Below, piece by piece: positions 46,763-55,991 of a stretch of DNA of 61,277 bases. The DNA lies in the NCBI GenBank assembly GCA_038063815.1, contig JBBTUJ010000001.1:4980-66256 (forward strand). The letters run 5' to 3'. Under the pieces are notes generated by a model that saw nothing but the letters and a program-made list of their open reading frames with translations, did no database searches and was not told the DNA's origin. Numbering within the stretch: position 1 is the stretch's first letter; each line of letters opens with the position of its first letter. The position numbers and the translations under genes are program-made. This stretch comes from Patescibacteria group bacterium. Its GTDB lineage: Bacteria; Patescibacteriota; Minisyncoccia; Phycocordibacterales; EsbW-18.

Positions 46763-49090
46763 ATGTTCGCTCTCAAACCATTTCAGGAAGTAGCTGTCTC
46801 GAAACTCAAGAACGAGTTCCTCTCACTCTGGAAGTCACCGCACGAGAACATCCCGCTTGTTTTTAAGTCACCGACGGGATCGGGCAAAACGATCATGCTC
46901 GCGCAGTTCCTTCGAGATATCGTCGGCGACCCACGCTTCCAAGGTAATGATGTCGCGTTCCTGTGGTTCTCGTTCAGCGAAGACTCATACCTCCAGAGCA
47001 AGGGCAAGCTCTTTGATTACTACGGCGGCGCATCGGAACTCGACCTGTTGGATCTTAACGACCTCACCCGAGGGAAGCTTGAGCGAAACAATGTCTTTTT
47101 CATCAACTGGCAGAAGATTAAGGGAAAATCGAAAGAGAGCCGCAAGCTTCGGCGCGACAACGAGTGGGACCTGACCTTCGACAGCTTTATCAACAAGACC
47201 CACGAAGCGAAGCGGAAGCTGGTGGTCATCATCGATGAAGAGCACATCGGCTCCGATACCGATCTCGCGCTTGAACTGGTGAATGGGCTCATCAAACCAA
47301 AACTGATCGTCCGTGTTTCTGCGACCCCGAAGTACATCCCGAATGCGGAAGAGATCGCCGAGAAGAAAGGTGGTTTCGTTCAAGTAAAACGAGAAGAAGT
47401 AGTGGAAGCCGGATTGATCAAGGAAAAGATCGTATTCCAGACCGAGGAAGACCTGAACAGGAAAGAGCTAAAGGATATGGATCAGGACGAGATCCTTCTT
47501 GAGCTTGCATACCAAAAACGTCTTGAGCTTGTACAGCACTACAAGGCACTTAATATCGATATCAATCCGCTGGTCCTCATCCAGCTGCCGAACGACGATC
47601 AGGAAAGCACCGCGACCAGCACCAACAAGCGCGGTATTGTCACGCAGTTCCTCAAAGCAAAGGGTATTGGCGAGGAAGAGATAGCTGTCTGGCTCTCTCA
47701 GGAAAAAACGAACCTTGAAGACATCGAACAGAATGCTTCTCCTGTGTCATTCCTGCTCTTCAAGCAAGCCGCAGCGACCGGCTGGGACTGTCCGCGCGCG
47801 GGCGTGCTTGTGATGTTTCGAGAAATCCAGAATCCCACCTTCGCGATTCAAACCGTTGGTCGCATTCTGCGAATGCCGTTAGGTATACACTTCCCGCGAC
47901 CGGAGCTGAACATCGGCTACCTCTATACCAACTACAAGCGCAACGAGGTGCTTGCGGAATATGCGAAATCGAAGACCGACAACCGACCGGCGATCTACGG
48001 CAGCCACCGCAAAGTGGACATCGTACCACTCCAAGTCGAGTCTATATTCATGAGCCGAACCGACTACAACGATCTCGGTGACAGCTTCCAAGACGTATTC
48101 AGCGAAACTGTCGATGCGTATTTCGGGATCAAAAATGCAGACACGAGGCAGTCTGTCTTGAAAAAGCTCAAAGAAAAGGATTTGGAGATCTCACCGATGC
48201 TGACGAACGGTCTAATCGTAAACGTGGAGATCGACGACTATGACAACTTCACCCATGAGCTGCTTGCGGAAGGGAGCAGCCATGAACAGGAGATATCGCA
48301 GTATGATCTCGAACGACTCTACAATCTGCTGTGCTTCAAGCTCATCGTGCGGCAAACCGATGAAAACAAGAAGTTCGCTCCAGAGCGATCGTGGGGCAAG
48401 CTGAAAACAGCTCTCAATGTCTGGCTCATGAAGCGCCTCGACCTGACGCGACAGGAGGTATATACGATTCTCGTCTATGACCTCCTCAATCCCACCAGCG
48501 TCCTCGCTCCGCTCATCGGAGAATCGCTCGGTTTGTACCGCCCTCTGCGGGAACGAGAGGTGGATAAAAAGTCGTCCCGCTCGAAGCGTACGGAGGTCAT
48601 CGAGATGCCTCGTGAATCATTCTTCTTCACTGATCAATACGAGGAAATGCGCGTGAAGAAGTGTGCGATGACCCCGTTCTATATCGAGAAAAGCTATGTA
48701 GGAGAAGATAACGAGAAGGAGTTCATCGCCTTTCTCGAACACCACAAAAACGTCCTGTGGTGGTACAAGAACGGCGATCTCGGGAGCGAACACTTCTCCC
48801 TCTCGTACTACAACCCCGAGGAGAACAAAGAAAGACTATTCTATCCCGATTGGATCGTGAAGACGAAGTCCGGCGTATGGATCATTGATACCAAGAAAGG
48901 AAGTACGGCTGAACTTATGGACACCAAGTACAAAGCTGAAGCACTGCAACAATGGGCTAAAGTCCAAAAGGGATTCCTGGCTGGCATCGCCGTACAAGAC
49001 GGTCCCAACGGATGGAAGATCAACACAGAAAAGACGTACACGTATACGCCCTCGTTGACCGGATGGAGAAATCTGCAGGAGCTGTTGTGA
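46763..49090 (+). CDS. Type III restriction endonuclease (Res; SF2 helicase plus PD-(D/E)xK nuclease)
   Basis: Walker A SPTGSGKT, 'IIDEEH', 'TGWDCPRA', 'QTVGRILR', C-terminal 'YPDWIV...IIDTK'. Start placed at ATG 46763. Confidence 0.9.
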   Translation: MFALKPFQEVAVSKLKNEFLSLWKSPHENIPLVFKSPTGSGKTIMLAQFLRDIVGDPRFQGNDVAFLWFSFSEDSYLQSKGKLFDYYGGASELDLLDLNDLTRGKLERNNVFFINWQKIKGKSKESRKLRRDNEWDLTFDSFINKTHEAKRKLVVIIDEEHIGSDTDLALELVNGLIKPKLIVRVSATPKYIPNAEEIAEKKGGFVQVKREEVVEAGLIKEKIVFQTEEDLNRKELKDMDQDEILLELAYQKRLELVQHYKALNIDINPLVLIQLPNDDQESTATSTNKRGIVTQFLKAKGIGEEEIAVWLSQEKTNLEDIEQNASPVSFLLFKQAAATGWDCPRAGVLVMFREIQNPTFAIQTVGRILRMPLGIHFPRPELNIGYLYTNYKRNEVLAEYAKSKTDNRPAIYGSHRKVDIVPLQVESIFMSRTDYNDLGDSFQDVFSETVDAYFGIKNADTRQSVLKKLKEKDLEISPMLTNGLIVNVEIDDYDNFTHELLAEGSSHEQEISQYDLERLYNLLCFKLIVRQTDENKKFAPERSWGKLKTALNVWLMKRLDLTRQEVYTILVYDLLNPTSVLAPLIGESLGLYRPLREREVDKKSSRSKRTEVIEMPRESFFFTDQYEEMRVKKCAMTPFYIEKSYVGEDNEKEFIAFLEHHKNVLWWYKNGDLGSEHFSLSYYNPEENKERLFYPDWIVKTKSGVWIIDTKKGSTAELMDTKYKAEALQQWAKVQKGFLAGIAVQDGPNGWKINTEKTYTYTPSLTGWRNLQELL

Positions 49091-49169
49091 TGTAAAAGAG
49101 TACTTACCGGAACATGTTAATCCACTTTATTACTTTACTTCATCTCGCTCACAAAACAGATCCTCGTCT

Positions 49170-50984
49170 CTAGAACTTCCCAAAAATATCTCGCAGTTTC
49201 TCTACATGCTTCTCGACCGCCGTCTCATCCGGCTTGATTGACTCGACGTCAATAATCCAATCCTCTTTAAGATATAGTTTATCCTTGCGCCTAAAGGGCC
49301 CCTTGTTTATTCGTTCCAAGTCACCCTCTTGGGTGTTAGTGGCTACTCGGACCGCATCATTGTCGCTTTCGATAAACTCCTTCACAGCTTTTATTCTTTC
49401 GGAGACGTGTTCACTCATGTCGGCTTCGTAGATGTCGTCCAACTTCTTAAACACCGCTTCGAACGCGAGCAGCTGGGCGTACCCGTCCATCAAGGTAATC
49501 CGTCGCGTTCTGAACAATGCCTCGTATAACAGGTCCTTGAATTCAAGGTAGGTCTTGCCGCCCTCTCTGGTTTCCTTAAAGTAGCTTGTACCCTCGAAGA
49601 TATTGGAGAGCAGTGTCATCGACATACCATAACGGCTGAAGAACGTCGGTTCGCCCTTGGCATTATGGCCACAGATAAGAAGCTCTTGATCCAAGTGGTC
49701 GCCCTTGTGCTCCGGATCATCGTCGGCATAGACGATGCCGAGGTTTGGATCGTATGTGTCCGCACGCTTCTTGAAGTCTGTTACGAATTTATACCTTCCC
49801 TTGAACGCATACAGACTCTCGCCGGTAATCACTGACTCGCTGAAGGTCTCAAAGGCAATCCTTTCGTCTACTTCTCCCTTATAAGCGGTTTCAAGGCCGA
49901 TATTTTCCAGCACATGCTTCGACAACGCAAGCTCCCCGTCGAGCGCATCCTTGCTGTAGAGTTTTTCTTTTCTCGTTTCGGCATCTGTTCGTCCTCGAAC
50001 CGTGAGGTCGCCCGCATCGATATGCTTTTTCAAGACCCCCCTTGCTTTTTCTTTGGTGGAGATCCAGCGCTCGAATAGCTTCGCGTCGGTGCTCACCACC
50101 AACGGCGTATACTCATCGAGGAGACCACTCTCCAGAGCTGCAAGGCAGGCATCCTTAAGCATTGTTCGGATTGTCGTATGGTGCTCTGCCGCATACGCTT
50201 CCATGACCTTCTTTATCTCATCAGATTCATAGAGACCGTCGTCATCTTTGCTGACGGGTATCTCGATGCCCTTGCTCTTGAGAAAATATTTGGCGACCTC
50301 AAGAAGAGGAATGCAGGCGAAGTAGTGGTACAACTGATACTCCTTGGCGAAGTTGTTATAGCTTTTCTCGGCCACCAGTTCGGCGAGCCGTTCCTGGGCT
50401 TCGTGCGTCAATTCGTTCTTGCCGTTGAAGAGACCCGCGATCACTTCTTCCTGATCCAGATACTGGTGATCATATTCCACCTCCTCATAGAGTTCTTTCA
50501 TTCTTTTCTTCTCCTCAAGGCTTAAAAGCTCGAACGCCAGTTGGTAGACCGCGTAGTCAAAGTCGACGCCTTCCTTGAGCTTTACCTCTCGCTGTTTTTT
50601 GGCGATCTCGGCTGCCTCTGCAACCGTCACTTTCTTGATCTGCTTTAAGGTTGTGATGGCTCCTTCCATACGCTGAGTGACTGGGTACCCCACCAGTTCC
50701 ATGATAAACGGCAGCTGGGCCAAGTGTGCAACCTGAGCGTCCTTGTACAAGAGTTCTATTTCAAGATCCATGCGGCCGGAGTGTTTCCATCCTTCGTTCA
50801 GGGTGTTCCACTCTCGGGCTTCAGCATTGTCCTTCGCGTGCCAGTTTTCCAGAGCGTCCTTATCGGCGGGGGTGAGGATGTCTTTGCCGGTCTTCGCGCG
50901 GTGCATCTCGTTTTTGATGAGCATCAAAAACTTTTCCCGGGCGGTGAGGTTACCTCTCGAAAGTGCGTTGGTGAGCTGTTTCAT
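49170..50984 (-). CDS. Hypothetical protein (604 aa), element-encoded
   Basis: Long helical, charged ORF at the end of the minus-strand operon; no family recognised. Confidence 0.75.
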   Translation of the reverse strand: MKQLTNALSRGNLTAREKFLMLIKNEMHRAKTGKDILTPADKDALENWHAKDNAEAREWNTLNEGWKHSGRMDLEIELLYKDAQVAHLAQLPFIMELVGYPVTQRMEGAITTLKQIKKVTVAEAAEIAKKQREVKLKEGVDFDYAVYQLAFELLSLEEKKRMKELYEEVEYDHQYLDQEEVIAGLFNGKNELTHEAQERLAELVAEKSYNNFAKEYQLYHYFACIPLLEVAKYFLKSKGIEIPVSKDDDGLYESDEIKKVMEAYAAEHHTTIRTMLKDACLAALESGLLDEYTPLVVSTDAKLFERWISTKEKARGVLKKHIDAGDLTVRGRTDAETRKEKLYSKDALDGELALSKHVLENIGLETAYKGEVDERIAFETFSESVITGESLYAFKGRYKFVTDFKKRADTYDPNLGIVYADDDPEHKGDHLDQELLICGHNAKGEPTFFSRYGMSMTLLSNIFEGTSYFKETREGGKTYLEFKDLLYEALFRTRRITLMDGYAQLLAFEAVFKKLDDIYEADMSEHVSERIKAVKEFIESDNDAVRVATNTQEGDLERINKGPFRRKDKLYLKEDWIIDVESIKPDETAVEKHVEKLRDIFGKF

Positions 50985-50985
50985 A

Positions 50986-51201
50986 TTATTTTCTTTTCTT
51001 TAAGGTCTGTTCAAGAAATTCAACCCTGTCTTTAAGCTCGGTGATCTCTAGGACCTTCGCCAGAGCGAGTGCCAGGCGGGAGACGACCAAAGCGCGCCGC
51101 GTGCCGGTCTTTCGCTGGTGCACGTCCTGCAACGTATCGGAAAGAATGGCCGCCGCTTCCTCGATACTCAGATATTTTTTAGGTTGTTCGTGTAGTTCCA
51201 T
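50986..51201 (-). CDS. Small hypothetical protein with C-terminal coiled coil
   Basis: 71 aa, tightly packed in the operon; ends 'EITELKDRVEFLEQTL'. Confidence 0.6.
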   Translation of the reverse strand: MELHEQPKKYLSIEEAAAILSDTLQDVHQRKTGTRRALVVSRLALALAKVLEITELKDRVEFLEQTLKKRK

Positions 51202-51206
51202 ACTTG

Positions 51207-51599
51207 TTACATTCCTTCGATTATTTCCATCCAGGCCCGCACCTCCGCCGCCTTACCGGTTTTGGTGGCTTCCCGATACAGTGCCGAGACCACATTCGGC
51301 GTTAACCGCTTGGCCCACGCCGTGACGTTTTTAAGGAGCCCGCCGTTCTCCTCGATCCGTTTGTTCCAAGCGGTCAAGGTACCGAGATCTTTGATGCCGA
51401 AGCGCTTGGCGAATTCCGTTTGGTTTTTGATATCAAGCAGGGACATCGCTAGCTCGTCGTCGATACCGAACTTCTCGATGACGTGCCGCGGCTGACCGCG
51501 AAAGATCGAGGGCATCGAGCGCCACAGAATGTATGACTCGAACTCCTGTTTCTTGTATACCGTCAGGGCTTTGGAACTGTCTTCGTCGAAGTGCGGCAT
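51207..51599 (-). CDS. HTH protein resembling phBC6A51-type / small-terminase-like proteins
   Basis: 'NQTEFAKRFGI...TLTAWNK' HTH and 'TPNVVSALYREA..GKAAEVRAW'. The family call is inference. Confidence 0.5.
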   Translation of the reverse strand: MPHFDEDSSKALTVYKKQEFESYILWRSMPSIFRGQPRHVIEKFGIDDELAMSLLDIKNQTEFAKRFGIKDLGTLTAWNKRIEENGGLLKNVTAWAKRLTPNVVSALYREATKTGKAAEVRAWMEIIEGM

Positions 51600-51604
51600 A
51601 TCGT

Positions 51605-52372
51605 TCAGGCATGGTTAATACGTTCAGCTTTCTTGTTGGTAAGCTTCTCCCACCGCTCGATGATCGTCTGGCAGTACGTCTCGTCGCATTCAACCGTGAA
51701 GCATACCCTGCCCATCTGCTCGCACGCGATAAGCGTTGAGCCTGACCCACCAAAAGGGTCGAGTACGACATCTCCAGGCTTGGTGCTGTGGTAGATGAGC
51801 CGCCGCAAGAGCATCGGCGGCTTCATGGTGGGGTGGAGTTTGCTCCTGCTTGGTTTCGGATAGAACAGCGCAGTCTTGTCTTTGTTACCGAAGTAGGCAT
51901 ACGTACCAAGCCAACCATAGACAATCAGCTCATGTTGGGGGTGATAGTCTTTTCTTCCCATCACATGATGATTCTTGATCCAGACCAGGAGGCTCGACTT
52001 AGTATGCCCGAGGTCGTGGAGTGCATTTAAAAACTCTCGCAGCTTCGAGTCGCCGCTGAAGATATAAAAAGCGTTCTTGTCTCTCAAATGGGGCTTCACC
52101 GAAGAGAGCCACTTTTTTGAAAAAGCATAGTAGTCTTCTTCCACGCCGTCGCCTTTGATGACGCCAAATCCTTTATCCTTGGTCTTTTTGTGAATCGCTT
52201 TCAGAAGCTCCTGCTTGCCTTCGACATATCCAACACCATATGGAGGGTCCGTGAGCAAGAGCGTTACTTTCTTCTCACCGACAAGGAGACCCACGTCTGC
52301 CTTGTTCGTGGCGTCTCCGAGCATGAGACGATGCTCTCCGAGCTTCCAGATTTTAGTTACATTTTTTGGCAT
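51605..52372 (-). CDS. DNA methyltransferase (N4/N6 family)
   Basis: 'HRLMLGDAT', 'TDPPYG', 'HPTMKP' and 'VLDPFGGSGSTLIA'. Start placed at ATG 52372. Confidence 0.9.
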   Translation of the reverse strand: MPKNVTKIWKLGEHRLMLGDATNKADVGLLVGEKKVTLLLTDPPYGVGYVEGKQELLKAIHKKTKDKGFGVIKGDGVEEDYYAFSKKWLSSVKPHLRDKNAFYIFSGDSKLREFLNALHDLGHTKSSLLVWIKNHHVMGRKDYHPQHELIVYGWLGTYAYFGNKDKTALFYPKPSRSKLHPTMKPPMLLRRLIYHSTKPGDVVLDPFGGSGSTLIACEQMGRVCFTVECDETYCQTIIERWEKLTNKKAERINHA

Positions 52373-53615
52373 GATCTCCGGTGAAGTGCTCGTAACGCTT
52401 GATGATGACGTCGCAGAAGGTTGGATCAATCTCCATGAGGAAGGCCCGACGTTGCAGTTGTTCTGCAGCGATGAGTGTTGAGCCGCTGCCTCCAAAGAGG
52501 TCAAGAATAATATCTCCCGGTGCGCTACAGCGCTTGAGTGGTTTTTCAGCCAAGGTAATTGGCTTTTGGGTGGGGTGTTCGTAGTCCTTGGTATTGTCTC
52601 GTTTCACCAGCCAGAGCTGCACGATTGACATGAGGTCATCGTAGAGGCCGATAGAGTGTACGTCCTTGTTGAGGACTTCGGAGAGATTCTTCATGCTTGG
52701 ATTGAGTGCCGGACTGCCCTTCGTGCCGTAGACGCACGGCTCGATCACTTTGTTGAAAGCCACCTGCGGCGTTGGATCAAAGTTGTTCTTCACCCAAAAG
52801 CAGATGCGGCGATTGACCAATCCGAGCTTTTCATAGAGCCGCTGCACAAGTCCGACGTACTTCTCGTCGCACCAGTAGAAAACATGCACGCTATCGTGGC
52901 TCCCTGTGATAGCGTTCTGGATTGATGTTTCTAAGAACGATTCGTACTCGTGGGTTTTCTTGCTGTCATTGACGTAGTTGTCTGGAGTGTACTTGCCTTT
53001 AGTGCCGATGCCCTTGCGGTAGTCAAGACCGATATTGTATGGAGGATCGCAGTAAATCATGTGTGCTTTCTCGGTACCCGTGAGCTTTGTGATGTTTGCC
53101 GAGTCGAGCGCATCGCCACAAAACAGTCTGTGTTTGCCGAGCCGGTACACGTCTCCCGGTTTCGTTTCCGGCTCAGTGATCTTGGCCAGTTCTGCCTCTA
53201 CGTTGAAACCGTCGTCCGAAACATCGAGGACATCGTCGAAGAAGAGATTGAGTTCGTCCGGCGTGAAGCCGACATCGAGGAGGAGTGTGGTGTCAAAGGC
53301 TTTGAGGAGTTCTTCGTCCCATGCTCCGAGATTCTTATTGAGTCGGAGGTTGAGCTCCTTTTCTTTTTCCAGGTCCGGGAGGTTGAGATACACCACCGGT
53401 ACTTCCTTGAATCCGAGCTTCGTCGCCACCTTGAGGCGCAGGTGTCCGCCGATGACGATATTCTTCCTCTCTGGGGCGCTGTTGACAATAAGTGGATCGC
53501 AGAGCCCAAAACGGGTGATAGACTCCGTCATGTCCGAGAAGGCCTTCTCGTCCCATTTGCGCGGGTTGTATACCGAGGGCTTGAGCTCGGTTATCTTCAC
53601 GTGCTCTATCTTCAT
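52353..53615 (-). CDS. ParB/Srx-like domain fused to DNA methyltransferase
   Basis: N-terminal 'LKPSVYNPRK...SITRFG...VIGGHLR' then 'CDPPYN', 'HPTQKP' and 'LDLFGGSGSTLIA'. Start placed at ATG 53615. Confidence 0.9.
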   Translation of the reverse strand: MKIEHVKITELKPSVYNPRKWDEKAFSDMTESITRFGLCDPLIVNSAPERKNIVIGGHLRLKVATKLGFKEVPVVYLNLPDLEKEKELNLRLNKNLGAWDEELLKAFDTTLLLDVGFTPDELNLFFDDVLDVSDDGFNVEAELAKITEPETKPGDVYRLGKHRLFCGDALDSANITKLTGTEKAHMIYCDPPYNIGLDYRKGIGTKGKYTPDNYVNDSKKTHEYESFLETSIQNAITGSHDSVHVFYWCDEKYVGLVQRLYEKLGLVNRRICFWVKNNFDPTPQVAFNKVIEPCVYGTKGSPALNPSMKNLSEVLNKDVHSIGLYDDLMSIVQLWLVKRDNTKDYEHPTQKPITLAEKPLKRCSAPGDIILDLFGGSGSTLIAAEQLQRRAFLMEIDPTFCDVIIKRYEHFTGDHAKKCN

Positions 53616-53703
53616 AGGTGTACCTTTTGCTGTGCTAGATTGCGACATATAGTATCATTATTGGGTAAAAAAATTTGTCATTGAAAACTGATCGATCCGC
53701 TCC

Positions 53704-54225
53704 CTACTTTTTTGTGAACGGCAGACCCAGAAGCTTAAGCTGGATCTCGGCGACCTGTCTGCTGACCTTAAACGTTTTGGCGATATCTTCCAGATACGGC
53801 CGCGGAGAAACTCGGCAGTATGCGCGAACATGTGCTTCCGGCATGAGGAGGTACCCCGCGAACAGATCACAGATGCGTTCCACCCAACTGGTGTTGTCCG
53901 TCGAGCAATACTCTATCTTTCGGGGGCTTCGCATCAGCACGATGTGCCCAAGCTCGTGGGCTGCAGAGAAGCGCTGGCGCTCGGGACATTCATTGCCGTT
54001 GAGGGCGATGACCCACCCGACATCCATCTCTTTCCTGGCAAAGCCCGAGATGCCATCAGCAAAAATGGGATCGAGAGAGGTTATGACATTTGCATCGACG
54101 ACGTAGGATTCGATCACGTCTCGGATCGGAATCGGTATCGTGAGCGTATGCACCTCAGCAAATTCAGCGAGAATTTCATTCGCTTTGTGCTTCGCCTTGT
54201 TTTTCCATTCGGGAGGTGGATGCAT
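53704..54225 (-). CDS. ImmA/IrrE family metallopeptidase
   Basis: 'RQRFSAAHELGH' (HExxH) and 'ERICDLFAGYLLMP'. Confidence 0.9.
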   Translation of the reverse strand: MHPPPEWKNKAKHKANEILAEFAEVHTLTIPIPIRDVIESYVVDANVITSLDPIFADGISGFARKEMDVGWVIALNGNECPERQRFSAAHELGHIVLMRSPRKIEYCSTDNTSWVERICDLFAGYLLMPEAHVRAYCRVSPRPYLEDIAKTFKVSRQVAEIQLKLLGLPFTKK

Positions 54226-54234
54226 GTGATGCGT

Positions 54235-54573
54235 TTAGTTTTTAAGTTGGTTCTTCAGCGTTGTGATGTAGGCTTCCACCGCTTGTGTCTGATGTTCGTT
54301 GAGGTTGTATGCGGCCCGGAAGAACGTCTGTGCGGTTGCCGATTGCATGTAATCGTCCTGCGTAATGCCCGCTTTGGATAAAATGATCTCAAGCGGTTCC
54401 TCGAGTCCCTCGGCGATCTTTCGCAATGTCTTAATCGAGGGGGATTCATCAGGATACGCTCCTTGCTCAAGACGGGAGATGTATCCTCTGGTGAGCTGTG
54501 CGTTCTCGGCCAGCTTCTCTTGCGTCAGGCCTTTTTGCTCGCGCAAATCCTTAATGACCGTGTGCAGTTTCAT
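54235..54573 (-). CDS. XRE-family HTH repressor (ImmR-like)
   Basis: 'IKDLREQKGLTQEKLAENAQLTRGYISRLEQG...PSIKTLRKIA'; directly upstream of the ImmA-like gene. Confidence 0.92.
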   Translation of the reverse strand: MKLHTVIKDLREQKGLTQEKLAENAQLTRGYISRLEQGAYPDESPSIKTLRKIAEGLEEPLEIILSKAGITQDDYMQSATAQTFFRAAYNLNEHQTQAVEAYITTLKNQLKN

Positions 54574-54652
54574 AGTGCGTTATGATTATCGTGTCATTAG
54601 TAACCTGACGTAAGGATACCATAGGCGGCTACAATGTGAAGTATAGTAAGGG

Positions 54653-54788
54653 TGTGGATAAGTACAGAAGTTCAATATTACAAAACATTCTTTGTAATAT
54701 GTAAAGTTTCAGAGTCAGGAAAATTGGGTTTGTTTGGCATTTGAGACACGCCCTGAGACACCCTTGAAGTGTCTCATTTGTCTCATTT
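54653..54788. promoter_or_regulatory. DnaA-box match plus cluster of four TGAGACA repeats
   Basis: TGTGGATAA at 54653-61; tgagacac at 54742 and 54754; inverted tgtctca at 54770 and 54779. Confidence 0.5.
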
Positions 54789-54795
54789 GCAACGC

Positions 54796-54807
54796 GACCG
54801 AACGGCC
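54796..54807. repeat. Candidate attR core
   Basis: GACCGAACGGCC, identical to 38394-38405. Confidence 0.55.
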
Positions 54808-54894
54808 TCGACCTGTTATATTAAAAGTCCCCGAAAAACCCTTGTGGTGCTTGATGGCCCAAGGTTCACGACCTAACGGGGGCACTAAATAACG

Positions 54895-55326
54895 GTGAAC
54901 ACTATGTCTACAGAAAAAATAAAAGTCTATCTGGCGGGTCAAGCGAACGAGCACGATAATAATTGGAAGGGGTCGTTCAAATCTACGGCTGAAATTGATT
55001 TCCACGACTGGGAATTTGATTCCGATCAAACCTCACCAGACACGTTTTTCCCAGACGATTTAAATGGAGTACTGACCGCTGACTATATGGTTGCAAACCC
55101 AGGCATTGCACCTTCTGAAGGCACCTGGATTGAAATAGGATATTTCTACGGTAATAAGGTCAAAAGTCCTGGAGACTTTTGTGACAAGCTCATTATTGTG
55201 TGGCGAGAGGATCGTAATCCTAAATGGTCAATAGAATTTGTAAAAAAGACCGGTTTTATTGTTGCCTCTGTTGAAGAGGCAAGGGAAAAACTGCTTGAAT
55301 TGTTAAAAACATCGACGAGAGCTTGA
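54895..55326 (+). CDS. Nucleoside 2-deoxyribosyltransferase-like protein
   Basis: 'KVYLAG', 'DLNGVLTADYMV' and 'GTWIEIGYFYG'. Confidence 0.6.
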   Translation: MNTMSTEKIKVYLAGQANEHDNNWKGSFKSTAEIDFHDWEFDSDQTSPDTFFPDDLNGVLTADYMVANPGIAPSEGTWIEIGYFYGNKVKSPGDFCDKLIIVWREDRNPKWSIEFVKKTGFIVASVEEAREKLLELLKTSTRA

Positions 55327-55333
55327 TATTTGT

Positions 55334-55861
55334 TTACTCCGCCCATGAACCAAGGCGTGCGGTGATGCGACCGAGACCAAACCCCCTGCCCGCGTGGAAT
55401 GCGTAGAGTGCGAGAAAGGCAAAAATGTAGATGATATGTTCGTCCACAAGGTAGGCGTGTTCGTTTGGATATGGAAATTGAAGAGCTGGTAGGTAGTAGA
55501 GCGCCATCAGCACGATGGCGAGTACGGAGCCCAATCGTACGAATATTCCAAGAATCAGTGCTACCCCAATGAGTGTGAGTCCCCATTCGTTAAGGAAATT
55601 TACGATAGGCAAAACGTTCGGCTGAAGGAGAAAATTGAAAAATCCTGAAAATGTATGTGCACCCTGGAGATACCCTGCCGCAGACCACGCGGAATCGAGA
55701 ATCTTGGTGATGCCCGCGTAAAAAAACATCCACCCGAGCGAAAGACGCAACAGAATGAGCGATGTGCGTTGTAATGCGTTCATACAAAAAATTATTTGAT
55801 AATCGCCATAATCAGTGTAGCAACAGCGTTGTGTCTCGCCAGCAAGTTGTGCACCTCGCAA
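55334..55861 (-). CDS. DoxX family membrane protein
   Basis: 'LLRLSLGWMFFYAGITK' and 'GLTLIGVALILGIFVRLG'. The true start is probably about 55780 (MNALQR). Confidence 0.85.
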   Translation of the reverse strand: MRGAQLAGETQRCCYTDYGDYQIIFCMNALQRTSLILLRLSLGWMFFYAGITKILDSAWSAAGYLQGAHTFSGFFNFLLQPNVLPIVNFLNEWGLTLIGVALILGIFVRLGSVLAIVLMALYYLPALQFPYPNEHAYLVDEHIIYIFAFLALYAFHAGRGFGLGRITARLGSWAE

Positions 55862-55877
55862 TGTTAGATACTCTTTG

Positions 55878-55949
55878 TGCCCCCGGCAGGAATTGAACCT
55901 ACATCCACTCCTTAGGACGGAGTTGTTCTATCCGTTGAACTACAGGGGC
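55878..55949 (-). tRNA. tRNA-Arg(CCT)
   Basis: Acceptor GCCCCTG/CGGGGGC, anticodon arm actcc-gtcctaa-ggagt. Confidence 0.88.
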
Positions 55950-55991
55950 GTATCACGAATATAGCATATTCTCATGATATACTTTGGAAAT

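Larger units (their letters stand above)
38394..54807. mobile_element. Integrative element / phage-satellite-like island (~16.4 kb) with serine recombinase, DGR, type III RM and ImmR/ImmA
   Basis: Bounded by the 12-bp direct repeat GACCGAACGGCC, next to tRNA-Gly. Cargo is unrelated to the backbone. No capsid, tail or large-terminase gene. Confidence 0.8.

Noticed and set aside
38394-54807. Intact prophage
   Set aside because: No recognisable capsid, portal, tail, large terminase or lysis genes within the bounded 16.4 kb.
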